Part shown: in pieces, positions 1 to 9,966 of the stretch
Numbering within the stretch: the stretch's first letter is position 1
How the letters are laid out: the number at the start of each line of letters is the position of its first letter
DNA from: Candidatus Krumholzibacteriia bacterium
GTDB lineage: Bacteria; Krumholzibacteriota; Krumholzibacteriia; LZORAL124-64-63
Reading direction: 5' to 3'
Length of the DNA: 64,000 nt
NCBI GenBank assembly: GCA_016744705.1
Contig: JADGDU010000014.1
Coordinates: 22,820 to 86,819, forward strand
Notes under the pieces: model-generated
Told to the model about the DNA's origin: nothing
Databases searched by the model: none
Seen by the model: the letters and a program-made list of their open reading frames with translations, nothing else
Translations under genes and position numbers: made by a program

Positions 1-2
1 AT

Positions 3-161
3 GGGGTGCTAAACGACGATTGCTCGGCGAATTTCTATTGCTGTGATCTTGCGCTTGGGAATTGGCTGCTCTATGGCTCTCATGTCATTGACGATTCCGA
101 CTGTGATCCGGTGAGTACGGAAAGGCACAGCTTGGGGTCGCTGAAAGCCTTATTTCGTTAA
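3..161 (+). CDS. 3' end of a partial CDS (5'-truncated by the window), ending in the shared C-terminal motif
   Basis: Manual frame-3 translation GVLNDDCSANFYCCDLALGNWLLYGSHVIDDSDCDPVSTERHSLGSLKALFR*; not in the ORF track; followed by a hairpin. Confidence 0.75.
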   Translation, partial: GVLNDDCSANFYCCDLALGNWLLYGSHVIDDSDCDPVSTERHSLGSLKALFR

Positions 162-182
162 ATCCGAGTAAGTGATCCGAAA

Positions 183-202
183 GCCCGGCGATGAGGCCGG
201 GC
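183..202 (+). terminator. GC-rich hairpin, putative terminator or mRNA stabiliser
   Basis: GCCCGGC-gatgag-GCCGGGC 7-bp stem about 20 nt after the stop at 161; weak U-tract. Confidence 0.45.
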
Positions 203-226
203 ACAATTTAAAGGGGAAATAGGATT

Positions 227-1267
227 TTGAAACGCATACCAGCGCCAATACTCTTGGTCGCTCTTTTAATTCTGAGTGCTTGCACCGGCGAGCCACAAGA
301 AACTGCCGACAATGCTTCGCAGCCAGCCCCGGAGAAGGCGCAAGTGGATCCGTACTTTAGGGAACCGCCAAGCGTGTCCAGTGATAAAAGCCCTCAGGTC
401 ATTACGCGCAAAATTCTGCAGGCTAGCCAAGGCGATATTTGGCTTGCGACATGGAACGGCCTCATACGCTACGATGGAACTACCTTTACTAACGTCACCA
501 TTGAAAAGGATTTGAATAGATTCCGCGCATTTTCCTTGTTGGAGGATGACCAGGAAAATATCTGGATGGGGACCATTGGGTCTGGCGTGTATCGATACGA
601 TGGAAGCACATTCACCAATCTCACCACGGCAGATGGTTTAGTCAATAATGACATAATTTCGATGATGCAGGACAGTGACAAAAACATCTGGTTTGGGACC
701 ATGGGAGTGACAAAGTACGATGGCAATACTTTCACTTCGTTCACCAAAAAAGATGGTTTTACCAACTCCGATGTGAATTCCATATCAGAGGCACCTGATG
801 GCAGCATTTGGTTTGGCACAAGAGGGGCACTGTTTCATTACGATGGCGAAACGTTTGTAAACTTCACCGAGGAACATGGCCTGAACATCACAAGCTATAT
901 TTCGACATTGGTTGATCGCAAAGGTCATTTGTGGTTCGGTGGCGAGAATGGACTTTTTCATTTCGATGGCGAAAAATTAAGGCATCCTATTCAGTTGAGT
1001 AGCTTCTACCTTTTGGAAGATTCTCAGGGCAATATTTGGTATAGTGGAAATTCGCTCCAGGGTGAGGACCCTGTCCCTGGTAAAAGTGTCCTCAACCGGT
1101 TTGATCCGGCAGCCGGCCTTGAAAACATTCTGGTGGCGAGTGAACAATTCGAAGTTGAGGACAGTGGCATGATTTTCGAACTTACTGAGGGCAAGGACGG
1201 TAGCATTTGGTTTGGCACCTTAAAGGGCGTTGGCCGGCTTGAGGGAGATACTGTTCAGTACTATTGA
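227..1267 (+). CDS. Lipoprotein made of two-component-regulator propeller (Reg_prop) repeats
   Basis: Lipobox LSAC; repeated 'D-x-x-G-x-IW-FGT-x-x-G-x-x-x-YDG' beta-propeller blades; no kinase domain. Confidence 0.8.
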   Translation: MKRIPAPILLVALLILSACTGEPQETADNASQPAPEKAQVDPYFREPPSVSSDKSPQVITRKILQASQGDIWLATWNGLIRYDGTTFTNVTIEKDLNRFRAFSLLEDDQENIWMGTIGSGVYRYDGSTFTNLTTADGLVNNDIISMMQDSDKNIWFGTMGVTKYDGNTFTSFTKKDGFTNSDVNSISEAPDGSIWFGTRGALFHYDGETFVNFTEEHGLNITSYISTLVDRKGHLWFGGENGLFHFDGEKLRHPIQLSSFYLLEDSQGNIWYSGNSLQGEDPVPGKSVLNRFDPAAGLENILVASEQFEVEDSGMIFELTEGKDGSIWFGTLKGVGRLEGDTVQYY

Positions 1268-1302
1268 CCAGCAGGCAATCCGATGGAAGGAAAGGTGAGC
1301 AA

Positions 1303-1644
1303 ATGCCCGTGGCTAAGGAACCAATAACGGATTTGAAGAAAGCCGCATCATCATTGCCCGGTGCTGTTGAGGGGATGTCTTGCAATCAGGCCTCCTATAA
1401 GGTGAAGAAGAAGGCGTTTTTGTATGTGGGGCCTGGTGTAAAAGGAGTCGGATACAAGGCCATGTTCAAACTGAAGGCCTCCTTGTTTGAGGCCAATAAA
1501 CTAGCGATAAGTGATCCAAGGCGATACGAGATAGGATCGGGTGGCTGGGTTACCACACGGTTCACAGTCGAAGAGCCATTGCCGGAAATAATATGGAGTC
1601 GGTGGCTCCAAGAGTCATACTCGTGCGTTGTTGAGTGTGCTTAA
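1303..1644 (+). CDS. MmcQ/YjbR-like protein
   Basis: LPGAVE..YKVKKKAFLY..GWVT..WLQESY pattern; ATG at 1303 preceded by AAGGTG. Confidence 0.6.
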   Translation: MPVAKEPITDLKKAASSLPGAVEGMSCNQASYKVKKKAFLYVGPGVKGVGYKAMFKLKASLFEANKLAISDPRRYEIGSGGWVTTRFTVEEPLPEIIWSRWLQESYSCVVECA

Positions 1645-1680
1645 TGGCTGAAGCGAAAGACTGCGATCACAATAATACCC

Positions 1681-1709
1681 TTGACAATTTTTTCTAGATT
1701 ACGCATTCT
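1681..1709 (+). promoter_or_regulatory. Sigma70-like promoter
   Basis: TTGACA-17 nt-CATTCT upstream of the ATPase gene. Confidence 0.55.
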
Positions 1710-1730
1710 GCGTTACACGAGGTGCGTATT

Positions 1731-2864
1731 ATGTCAAATCCGTTCAAATATGGTGGAATCGTAAATAAGGGGTCCTTCTGCAATCGAAAGCAGGAGTTAA
1801 AAGATCTATCCCGGGCAATGGAGAACGGGGATCGGTTATTTCTGTATTCCGAAAGGCGCTTGGGGAAAACATCATTAGTTAAACTGGCACTTTCACGGCT
1901 CCCCAAAAAAGAATACCTGTATGCCTACGTTGACTTGTGGCCAACCGATGGGGAAGCTTCCTTTGCTGTGGCCGTTGCCAAAGCTGTGACCGAAAGCCTG
2001 GCCAGTACTGCCGACAAAATGTTGGCTGTGGGGAAAAGTTTTTTTGGTGGCTTGATCCCAACGATCACAGCAGATTCATCAGGGGACCCTCAAATAAGTT
2101 TTACCCTGCGAGGTGATGGAAAGAATGCTCCTGAACTGTTGGATGTTCTAAAGGCGCCTGGGGAAATTGCAAAGCGTCGAAATCGAAAAGTTGTCATGGT
2201 CTTTGATGAGTTCCAGCGGATTTTGGAATATGGATCAGACAAAACAGAGCGAACCCTGAGAAGCGCCATTCAAGACCAGGAAAATGTTTCTTTTGTTTTT
2301 CTTGGCAGCCGCAAACACCTCATTCAAAAAATGTTTCTGGACCAAAACCGACCCTTGTATCGGGCCGGTGGACATTACCCTCTAGGTCCCATCGAAACAC
2401 GGGCTTGGCTTCCCTTTATCAAGTCCCGATTCAACAAAACAGGCAAGACCATAAATTCGGACATCATCACCCGTTTGTGTGAAATATCAGGGGGGCATCC
2501 CTTTTATACGCAGCACTTATGCCATGCGGTGTGGGAGATATGCGAACCAGGAGCCGAGGTCACTGGCGAAACCCTTGATGAGGCCATCAGTTTATTGCTG
2601 GAACGCGAGAGTTATGCGTATACTGGGTTGTGGGAGTCATTTGCGGTAAACCAGAGACGGTTTTTATCAGGTCTTGTTCAGGAGACCAGCGGAGCGCAGG
2701 TTTTTGGCGGGGCGTTTGTTCAAAAAAACAATCTCAATTCAGCTTCTTCAGTGCAGAGGGTTGTAGAAAATCTCCTCGACCGGGACGTTATCGACCGTGA
2801 AGACGGATCCTTTTTTATTGCAGATCGATTCTTTCAATTATGGGTGAAAAAGCGTGTCCTTTAA
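1731..2864 (+). CDS. AAA+/archaeal-type ATPase (ATPase_2 family) with probable C-terminal winged helix
   Basis: NPF..G..F.NR..EL start, Walker A SERRLGKT, Walker B VFDEFQ, GSRKH, GGHPFY. Confidence 0.85.
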   Translation: MSNPFKYGGIVNKGSFCNRKQELKDLSRAMENGDRLFLYSERRLGKTSLVKLALSRLPKKEYLYAYVDLWPTDGEASFAVAVAKAVTESLASTADKMLAVGKSFFGGLIPTITADSSGDPQISFTLRGDGKNAPELLDVLKAPGEIAKRRNRKVVMVFDEFQRILEYGSDKTERTLRSAIQDQENVSFVFLGSRKHLIQKMFLDQNRPLYRAGGHYPLGPIETRAWLPFIKSRFNKTGKTINSDIITRLCEISGGHPFYTQHLCHAVWEICEPGAEVTGETLDEAISLLLERESYAYTGLWESFAVNQRRFLSGLVQETSGAQVFGGAFVQKNNLNSASSVQRVVENLLDRDVIDREDGSFFIADRFFQLWVKKRVL

Positions 2865-2896
2865 CTCCAAATCTCGATTTGGAAGGGAAATAATTA

Positions 2897-3559
2897 ATGA
2901 GCAAAATCATAAATTTTGGTGAAACTGTTGAGGGATTTGACATCCCTGTTTTGAATGAGCGAGAGATTAGAGCAGGGGCAGGCATACTCTTCGTCCTTAT
3001 GTTCGTGGCGATTATGATCACCATACTTAAGGGTGATTTCACGCTTCTGAAATACGCGGTGACGATTTTCTTGACCGACATTTCCATTCGTGTCCTGATC
3101 AATCCCCGATTCGCGCCTTCGCTGATTTTGGGTCGCTGGATCGTTCGAAACCAGACGCCGGAATACGTTGGCGCTGCACAGAAAAAGTTCGCATGGATCA
3201 TCGGGATTGTCCTGGCAGTGGTCATGTTTGCCTTGCAGGTTGTTGTCAATTCCTTCAGCCCCATCACCGGTCTCATTTGCATGATCTGCCTCATTTTTCT
3301 CTTCTTTGAATCCTCTTTCGGAATATGCATTGGCTGCAAGGCCTACTCGCTAATCTACAAAGAGAAGGCGCAATATTGCCCTGGCGAAGTTTGTGATGTG
3401 AAAGAGAAGCATGAGATCCAGAAGAGCTCACCGGCCCAATTGGTCATCGTCCTAGGTTTCGCCGCCTACATTGTTTTTGTGGCCTTCATGTTCGACGATA
3501 ATTTCAAACAGCCTCCATATGATTTGTTTGGCTTAACGACCGAGGTTCATGGGGATTAG
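2897..3559 (+). CDS. DUF4395-family membrane protein
   Basis: NEREIRAGAG, FAPSLILG, QKKFAW, C..C...FESSFGICIGC. Confidence 0.8.
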   Translation: MSKIINFGETVEGFDIPVLNEREIRAGAGILFVLMFVAIMITILKGDFTLLKYAVTIFLTDISIRVLINPRFAPSLILGRWIVRNQTPEYVGAAQKKFAWIIGIVLAVVMFALQVVVNSFSPITGLICMICLIFLFFESSFGICIGCKAYSLIYKEKAQYCPGEVCDVKEKHEIQKSSPAQLVIVLGFAAYIVFVAFMFDDNFKQPPYDLFGLTTEVHGD

Positions 3560-3603
3560 AAGTCGTCAATTTACTAAATGATTGACTGAGGAAGGATGAG
3601 GCT

Positions 3604-4164
3604 TTGCCCTACCAGGAAACCGGACGTTTTGGGCGCATCACCAAGCATTTACGGAAGCTGGGTTTTGAAACTGAGATGGAGCCCATCCTTCATGATTCCG
3701 GCGGGTTCAATAAGCTAAAAAAAGCCGACCAAACGAAGTATGTTGAAGTTGTGGTGGATAGAATGGTAAAGCACGTTGGACTGGAGAATACAGAACGTGT
3801 TTTGTACGAATGCGGTGCTCAATGTTGCGGTAAATCCTGGTCTCAGTTCGCCAAGCGTATTTGGGAAGACTCGGTCTCAATGGAAGAGTTTGTCGAAAAG
3901 CTCAACAAGGAAGAGGAAAAATACAACACGCATATTGAACATTGTGTGTCTGATAACACCCTTGTCGTCGAACGATCGAAATGCATATGTGGCATGATCA
4001 ACAAGGGCCTGCCCTTTGAATCGAGTGGAGACTTTTGCTCATGTAGCATTGGTCATATGGCGGCCTTCTTTGGCGCCGTATTGCCAGTCAGCAGGGTTGA
4101 GCTGGAGGAAACGATATCCGTTGGTGATGACAGGTGCAGGTGGAAGGTTTTTTTACAGGTGTGA
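3604..4164 (+). CDS. Cys-rich DUF6144/V4R-like protein
   Basis: CGAQC, CIC, FCSCSIG, TI..GDDRCRW motifs. Confidence 0.65.
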   Translation: MPYQETGRFGRITKHLRKLGFETEMEPILHDSGGFNKLKKADQTKYVEVVVDRMVKHVGLENTERVLYECGAQCCGKSWSQFAKRIWEDSVSMEEFVEKLNKEEEKYNTHIEHCVSDNTLVVERSKCICGMINKGLPFESSGDFCSCSIGHMAAFFGAVLPVSRVELEETISVGDDRCRWKVFLQV

Positions 4165-4173
4165 AAGGTTCAT

Positions 4174-4560
4174 ATGAAACGCGTTACGGGTATCGGCGGT
4201 ATTTTTTTCAAGGCAAAGGATGCACCTGCGCTGCAGGCCTGGTACAAACGTCATCTTGGCATCGATGTTCAGGATTGGGGCGGCGCGGCGTTCACCTGGA
4301 CCGACTCTGATGGCAAGCCCACTGGGGGCAGCACCATCTGGTCTGTTGGTTCGCTGGAGAGCGAGCAGTTCGCTCCCAGCCAATCTTCTTTTATGATCAA
4401 CTACCGGGTTGAGGACCTTCACGCGCTGGTTGCAGTGCTCAAAGCGGAAGGCTGTAATGTCCTCGACAAGATTGACGATTCGGAGTACGGCAAGTTTGCC
4501 TGGGTCATCGACCCTGAGGGAAACAAAGTCGAATTGTGGCAACCACCGGTTGGTCAATGA
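4174..4560 (+). CDS. VOC/glyoxalase family protein
   Basis: RVTGIGGIFFK...MINYRVEDL...YGKFAWVIDPEGNKVELW. Confidence 0.9.
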   Translation: MKRVTGIGGIFFKAKDAPALQAWYKRHLGIDVQDWGGAAFTWTDSDGKPTGGSTIWSVGSLESEQFAPSQSSFMINYRVEDLHALVAVLKAEGCNVLDKIDDSEYGKFAWVIDPEGNKVELWQPPVGQ

Positions 4561-4679
4561 GCATGACAAACAAGGTTTTGAATTTATTACCCAAGGGTAG
4601 TTGTATACCCTATACTCAAATGGGGTAGTGTCGAATACTGGAGCGCCATTCTATTATCAAACTTATTGGAGTTGGGAAA

Positions 4680-5804
4680 ATGACCTCCAAAAGATTCACC
4701 CAGCCTTTGAATAAATTGTTATTTACCGTTTTTTTGGTCACCGTTTTGACGGTTACTGGCTGTTCCGAAAAAGATGAACCCAATGATATCACCGGACCTG
4801 CAGCGACGTTATCCGGATGGCATGAGCACGAGTCTTTCATTTATTCGAATAAAATCCTACTTTCCGCCCATGTGTCTGGTGAGATGTTATTAATGCCTGG
4901 GTGGTCTACATTTAATACAATCACACGCTCTGGGGAAGTGGAGCACTTCTCTAACGGGGGCGCGGGTGACCCGAATTACCCAATCCGGCCTTCGGATAAC
5001 CTCCATGTTTTGGTTGGCCCCATGGCTATAAAAGTCCGGCCCAATGCTAATCCTGTGTACAATGTTTCCGGCTTGTGGGTCTCAAACTCAGACCTGGTTC
5101 CGGAATTCATGAGCTGGGAAACGGGCCTTGGCGAAACAGGCTGTTTCAACGATTCCGACCAACTGCTGATGACTGCTCATTATCTCAATGATTCCGGTAG
5201 TTATAGAACAGGATTTTCCCTTCTGAACCTGGGAGTGGAATCCAATACCAGCGGAATTGATAATGTGGTGATGATTGGAAACCAATTCATTGAGTTGCCA
5301 GAGCCTAATGCTTATTTGCCATTTAGGGCCATGACGCCTCTTGGTGATGGGTTTCTATTCAGTACTGACGGGCATATTTGGAAGCTGAGTCATGATGGAA
5401 CTCTTGATTCGGTCCACGACCAATCGGCCTACAGTCTCTTTGTCGATGGTGATCGGTGTTATGGTATTAGCGATACGCACCGAGTTTTGCAATCGTTGGA
5501 CGAAGGTTCTACCTGGCAAGAGGTCGGCTCCATAAGCCACTCTACGGTCAGCATAGAAAAAATTGGACAGCAAACGGTGATCTATCTGGCTGATCGTATT
5601 TATCAGGTGGATTTTGAAACCTTTGAATTTACAGAGTTGGAGGCAGAGAATCTGGACGGCAACCAAATCACTTCAATTGTGGAATTCGAGGATGAGGTTT
5701 GGGTTACCACTCTGAGTGGTTTGTTTCACCGCTCAATCGAAACTTTCTTTTCTGAGGCGGCGGACCAAAACAAGGCTGAACGTTTGATTCTGGAACGTAA
5801 ATAA
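4680..5804 (+). CDS. Hypothetical lipoprotein, probable beta-propeller
   Basis: Lipobox VTGC; BNR-like SLDEGSTW; 374-aa ORF. Confidence 0.65.
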   Translation: MTSKRFTQPLNKLLFTVFLVTVLTVTGCSEKDEPNDITGPAATLSGWHEHESFIYSNKILLSAHVSGEMLLMPGWSTFNTITRSGEVEHFSNGGAGDPNYPIRPSDNLHVLVGPMAIKVRPNANPVYNVSGLWVSNSDLVPEFMSWETGLGETGCFNDSDQLLMTAHYLNDSGSYRTGFSLLNLGVESNTSGIDNVVMIGNQFIELPEPNAYLPFRAMTPLGDGFLFSTDGHIWKLSHDGTLDSVHDQSAYSLFVDGDRCYGISDTHRVLQSLDEGSTWQEVGSISHSTVSIEKIGQQTVIYLADRIYQVDFETFEFTELEAENLDGNQITSIVEFEDEVWVTTLSGLFHRSIETFFSEAADQNKAERLILERK

Positions 5805-5832
5805 AGGGAAAAAACAGGGAAAGGTGCACTGC

Positions 5833-6477
5833 ATGAAAAAGTTGTCCCGATTCTTAATAATGGCAAGCATGGTGACGACTGTGCTGGGGTGTTCCCCCCA
5901 TATTGCCAATTACACTGTTGAGTTAACTGAAGTTATGATTCTCAATGAATCTACCACTCGGTTTGCTGAGGTCATTATTGGGGAATCGAAAATGGGGTGC
6001 GAAAACGACCTCTTCTTTATTGAATGGGACCTTGATTGGAGCGGAGCCGGTTTTATTCTGGAAAACAGGTCGGAGCAAAGTCTTTCCATTGTTTGGGATC
6101 AATGTGTCTTTGTTGATCCAGAGGGATATTGCCACGATGTGCTAACTTCGGATAATAACTATATAGGCAAAAAAGGACTCAAAAAGTCGTCGAAAGTTAC
6201 TCCTAAAAAAAGAATATCCAAAAGAATATTACCAGAAGAATTGGTGACATTTGAAACCAATGTTGGTTGGGTGGAAACCCCCTATGTTCCCAAATCGTCC
6301 CATGGGAATTATTCACACTTTTCCCAGAGAGTGTCAGCATATAAGGGAAAAGATATAAGTATTTTGCTGGCTGTTGAGCAGGACTCCCAAATTTACGAGT
6401 ATACGTTTGTCTTTGAAATTATTGGTACAGAGGTTTTCCGTGGATATTCAGGAAGCGCTGAAGGGGGAATGAGGTAG
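5833..6477 (+). CDS. Hypothetical lipoprotein
   Basis: MKKLSRF...VLGC lipobox; start chosen at the internal ATG. Confidence 0.6.
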   Translation: MKKLSRFLIMASMVTTVLGCSPHIANYTVELTEVMILNESTTRFAEVIIGESKMGCENDLFFIEWDLDWSGAGFILENRSEQSLSIVWDQCVFVDPEGYCHDVLTSDNNYIGKKGLKKSSKVTPKKRISKRILPEELVTFETNVGWVETPYVPKSSHGNYSHFSQRVSAYKGKDISILLAVEQDSQIYEYTFVFEIIGTEVFRGYSGSAEGGMR

Positions 6478-6543
6478 ACTTGACCTCACAACCAAAATTT
6501 ATTGACTCAGGAAGACCCCCTTGAACCCACGCCCGGAGAAATA

Positions 6544-7290
6544 ATGAAGCTTCTGAAGTTAGCCAAAGAGAACATAGTGGATGAACACATTTGCTGTGCC
6601 ATAAGTGACAAAAAGTGCCGCGATGGCTATCAAATGAAAAAAGACTGGCTTACGGCAGAATTTAAGGGAGGGTATACCTTCCAAAAAATGGATGTTCGAG
6701 GCAAGGTCTTCATCGAATATGTCCCGATCGAGAACTCCTGGCTTCCTTTAAAAGGGAAGAATTTCATGGTTATCAACTGCTTCTGGGTCTCCGGTCAGTT
6801 CAAAGGCAAAGGCAGCGGAAAAGAACTATTCCAGGAATGTTTGGAAGATACGAAAAGCATGGATGGGATTGTCGCCATTTCCAGTGATAAAAAACGCCCA
6901 TTCATGAGCGACCCAAAATTTTTAAAGCACCTGGGTTTTGAAATTGTCGATGAAGCGCCTCCCTTTTTCAAATTATGGGGGCTAAAAACCAATCCCAAAG
7001 CCACTTTTCCTACGATTATGGCCAATGCAAAATCAGGAACTTGCCCTGATGATAAAGGGATTACTGCATATTACTCAAATACTTGCCCTTTTACGGAATA
7101 TTACACAAATGATTTGCTCCGAGAGTATGCCAAAAGCAAAGGTGTTCCCCTTACTATTCACCACATTAAGAGCCAAAAGCAAGGTCATAAAATGCCTATT
7201 CCCTGGATCATCAACAGTGTGTTTTATAAGGGAGAGTTGGTAACTCTAGAACTAAAAGCGCAGAGGCATTTGGACAAAATAATCACTTGA
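6544..7290 (+). CDS. GNAT acetyltransferase with YoaP domain
   Basis: EHICCAISDKK, RGKVFIEY, INCFWVSGQFKGKG, CPF; RBS GGAG before ATG 6544. Confidence 0.85.
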   Translation: MKLLKLAKENIVDEHICCAISDKKCRDGYQMKKDWLTAEFKGGYTFQKMDVRGKVFIEYVPIENSWLPLKGKNFMVINCFWVSGQFKGKGSGKELFQECLEDTKSMDGIVAISSDKKRPFMSDPKFLKHLGFEIVDEAPPFFKLWGLKTNPKATFPTIMANAKSGTCPDDKGITAYYSNTCPFTEYYTNDLLREYAKSKGVPLTIHHIKSQKQGHKMPIPWIINSVFYKGELVTLELKAQRHLDKIIT

Positions 7291-7366
7291 GGTGAAAACA
7301 GTCGCCTCAACCTGACCGCCAACCGGCTTCGTTTTATCCAATCAGGTATTTAAGAAAGAATAGAAT

Positions 7367-7984
7367 GTGAATAGAAATAGCTTTGCACTTGCTGTGTTAA
7401 TGATTCTTGCGGTGGCTATTAATGTAGCCGGACAAACGCCTGCTGAATCCGAGGACCTTGTTCGCGCGGCCATCGAACGGACAACACACGAAGTCAGATA
7501 CGACGGAAGTTATCGCCGGTTGGACTATCCAGGTGGCGATGTTCCTGACCATTTGGGAGTATGCACCGATGTTGTGATACGGGCGTACCGGGTTATTGGT
7601 GTGGACTTACAACGCCTGGTACACGAAGACATGGTTGCCAATTTCCAGAGTTACCCACAACTGTGGGGACTGCAAAAACCAGACTCTAATATTGATCACC
7701 GGCGAGTTCCTAACCTGCAGAGATTCCTGAGTAGACAGGGTGCAGAGTTACCTGCATCTGATCTGGCGATCGATTATCAGGAGGGGGATTTGGTGACATG
7801 GATGTTAGCAGGAAACCTCCCGCATATCGGCATTGTAATAGACCAGCGATCGAGTGATGGAATGCGCCTACTGGTGGTTCACAATGTCGGTGCTGGTCCA
7901 AAGATGGAAGACGCACTTTTCCGGTATCAGGTAACGGGACATTATCGTTATTTGGGTCCGGGACAGAGTGTAGAGGCTGACTAA
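7367..7984 (+). CDS. DUF1287 (YijF-like) secreted protein
   Basis: YPGGDVP..GVCTDVVIRAYR, DSNIDHRRVPNL, LPHIGIV, HNVGAG. Confidence 0.9.
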   Translation: MNRNSFALAVLMILAVAINVAGQTPAESEDLVRAAIERTTHEVRYDGSYRRLDYPGGDVPDHLGVCTDVVIRAYRVIGVDLQRLVHEDMVANFQSYPQLWGLQKPDSNIDHRRVPNLQRFLSRQGAELPASDLAIDYQEGDLVTWMLAGNLPHIGIVIDQRSSDGMRLLVVHNVGAGPKMEDALFRYQVTGHYRYLGPGQSVEAD

Positions 7985-8033
7985 AGCAGGCAGCTGACGA
8001 AGTTAAATGTAAAATCTAAAAAGGAGCAACCCC

Positions 8034-8062
8034 TTGAATTTGGCATGGCCCTCTGTCATACT
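8034..8062 (+). promoter_or_regulatory. Sigma70-like promoter
   Basis: TTGAAT-17 nt-CATACT with TG extension; same CCCTTGA..CAT.CT style as the site at 1681. Confidence 0.5.
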
Positions 8063-8120
8063 CAATGCAGGCGTCAACCACGCCAAAAGACTGATAAACT
8101 AAGTATAGGGAGGAGCCACC

Positions 8121-9161
8121 ATGAGGATCCTATCCATCACGCTTCTGATCCTGGTCATTGCTCTTGAGGCACCTGCGGGTGACTTGGGGAATCGCGCATC
8201 ACAAAAGCCAACCGCCGCACCCACCCCCTTGCCAACACCTCTGCTCGAAATTCTCCGACAGGGCGGCGATACCATTGCCGATGCCACACCCATTGTGGTA
8301 AATACCCTTGATCTTGCAGGCAGCACCACGGGCTACACAGATGACTACGATGTGGCGTGTCCCTACTGGGAGGGGCCTCCCGCTCCTGATGTGGTCTATT
8401 CGCTGCTCTCTGAGAGCGACCAGCTCGTTGATGTGGACATGTTCGGGTCCCAGTTCGATACCAAAATCTGGGTGTGGGACGAAAGCCTCTCCTGGCCCAT
8501 CGCCTGCAACGACGATTATTATGAAGATTACACCTCCCGGATTAAGAACATGGCCCTATCCGCAGGCGAACTTTATTACATTGTCGTTGATGGGTATGGT
8601 GAGCATGGTGGGTACCTCATTGATGTGGTGCCGAGCGACAATTGCAATATTGATTGCCCCGCCGGTGCAGCAATTGAAGGCGAACCTTCGCTTCAGGCTG
8701 ACTACGTCGACTTGCACAATGGAGGCTGCAACACAGACGGAGTCGATCCCCCGTTACAGGAGATCAACAGCACAACATTTTGTGGAGTGAGTGGCTGGTA
8801 CCTCAACGGTGGAGACCTGTATCGCGACACGGATTGGCTGACCATCCCAATCCCTTCCGGTGGAATACTGGAAGTAACGCTAGAGGCGAAGGCGGATACC
8901 CGGCTGCTCGAAATTGGTCCCCAGGAGTGCGGTGCGGTGGACATTTTGCAGGAAGTGACCAGTGTGGATTGTGAAACCCCAACTCTCACCGTGGCCGGAG
9001 AAGCCGGCACCACTGTGTGGTTGTGGGTTGGGCCGGCCGGTTATTATCCCAGTAATATGCCCTTTGATGCTTTCGAATACGACTATGTCCTAACAACCAA
9101 TCTGGGGACAGTGGCTACCGATGAGCAAACCTGGTCGGGAGTGAAGGCCATGTACCGTTGA
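8121..9161 (+). CDS. Secreted acidic protein with two PPC-like beta-sandwich domains and the C-terminal motif
   Basis: Signal peptide; DDY..PDVVY..FDT..ACNDD..YYIVVDGY; ends VATDEQTWSGVKAMYR. Confidence 0.75.
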   Translation: MRILSITLLILVIALEAPAGDLGNRASQKPTAAPTPLPTPLLEILRQGGDTIADATPIVVNTLDLAGSTTGYTDDYDVACPYWEGPPAPDVVYSLLSESDQLVDVDMFGSQFDTKIWVWDESLSWPIACNDDYYEDYTSRIKNMALSAGELYYIVVDGYGEHGGYLIDVVPSDNCNIDCPAGAAIEGEPSLQADYVDLHNGGCNTDGVDPPLQEINSTTFCGVSGWYLNGGDLYRDTDWLTIPIPSGGILEVTLEAKADTRLLEIGPQECGAVDILQEVTSVDCETPTLTVAGEAGTTVWLWVGPAGYYPSNMPFDAFEYDYVLTTNLGTVATDEQTWSGVKAMYR

Positions 9162-9239
9162 TCTGTGGTTTGCGATTCATCCACTGCTTGGGTAAAGCTA
9201 ACTGGCCCCCAAAAAACTAACCAACAGAAATGGTCCCCA

Positions 9240-9896
9240 TTGAAGACCCGAGTTAAGATTTGTTGTATTGCCAATTTTGCTGAGGCCCAGGAGGCTATGG
9301 GGTCAGGAGCAGACGCCATTGGGCTGGTGGCAAAAATGCCCAGTGGTCCAGGCCCCATTTCTGACGAATCCATACGGGAAATAGCCAGTATCGTACCCCC
9401 AGGTGTGGACTCGTTCCTGCTAACTAGTGAAACGGAACCCAGCGCCGTTGTCAGCCATGTCACCCGGTGCAGAACTTCCGTTGTACAGCTGGTTGATTCA
9501 GTGTCGAGCTTAGTCTACCAGGCTTTGCGTGAAGCTTGCTCAGGAGTTCGAATAGTTCAAGTGCTGCATGTGGAAAATGAGAGCGCCCTCACTGAAGCCC
9601 ACAGAATTTCGAGCCTTGTGGATGCCATTCTTTTAGACTCGGGTCGTCCCAAGGCTTCGGTTCCTACTCTGGGAGGAACCGGTGATGTTCATGACTGGAG
9701 CATCAGTACCAGGATTGTCAAAGAAGTTCGGCTTCCCGTTTTTCTTGCTGGTGGTCTTAACCCAGAAAATGTAGGAGCTGCTATTTCTCAAGTGCAGCCT
9801 TACGCGGTGGATCTTTGTTCGGGAGTGAGAACCAACGGGGTGTTGGATTCTGGCCTGCTAAAGAGCTTTTGCCGTACTGTTGGCCGCCTGGGATAA
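9240..9896 (+). CDS. trpF: Phosphoribosylanthranilate isomerase family protein (orphan)
   Basis: RVKICCI, GADAIG, LLDS, GGTG..DW, LAGGLNPENV, VDLCSGV; start uncertain (TTG 9240). Confidence 0.8.
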   Translation: MKTRVKICCIANFAEAQEAMGSGADAIGLVAKMPSGPGPISDESIREIASIVPPGVDSFLLTSETEPSAVVSHVTRCRTSVVQLVDSVSSLVYQALREACSGVRIVQVLHVENESALTEAHRISSLVDAILLDSGRPKASVPTLGGTGDVHDWSISTRIVKEVRLPVFLAGGLNPENVGAAISQVQPYAVDLCSGVRTNGVLDSGLLKSFCRTVGRLG

Positions 9897-9966
9897 ATTG
9901 GGCAGGGCGAAGAAAGCATGAGAAGACGATCACACAAAAATCAACAAAAGATAGGTTACGAATACC

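Noticed and set aside
7291..7366. Complete attC site
   Set aside because: No proper RYYYAAC/GTTRRRY pair; treated only as a possible remnant and not annotated as a feature.
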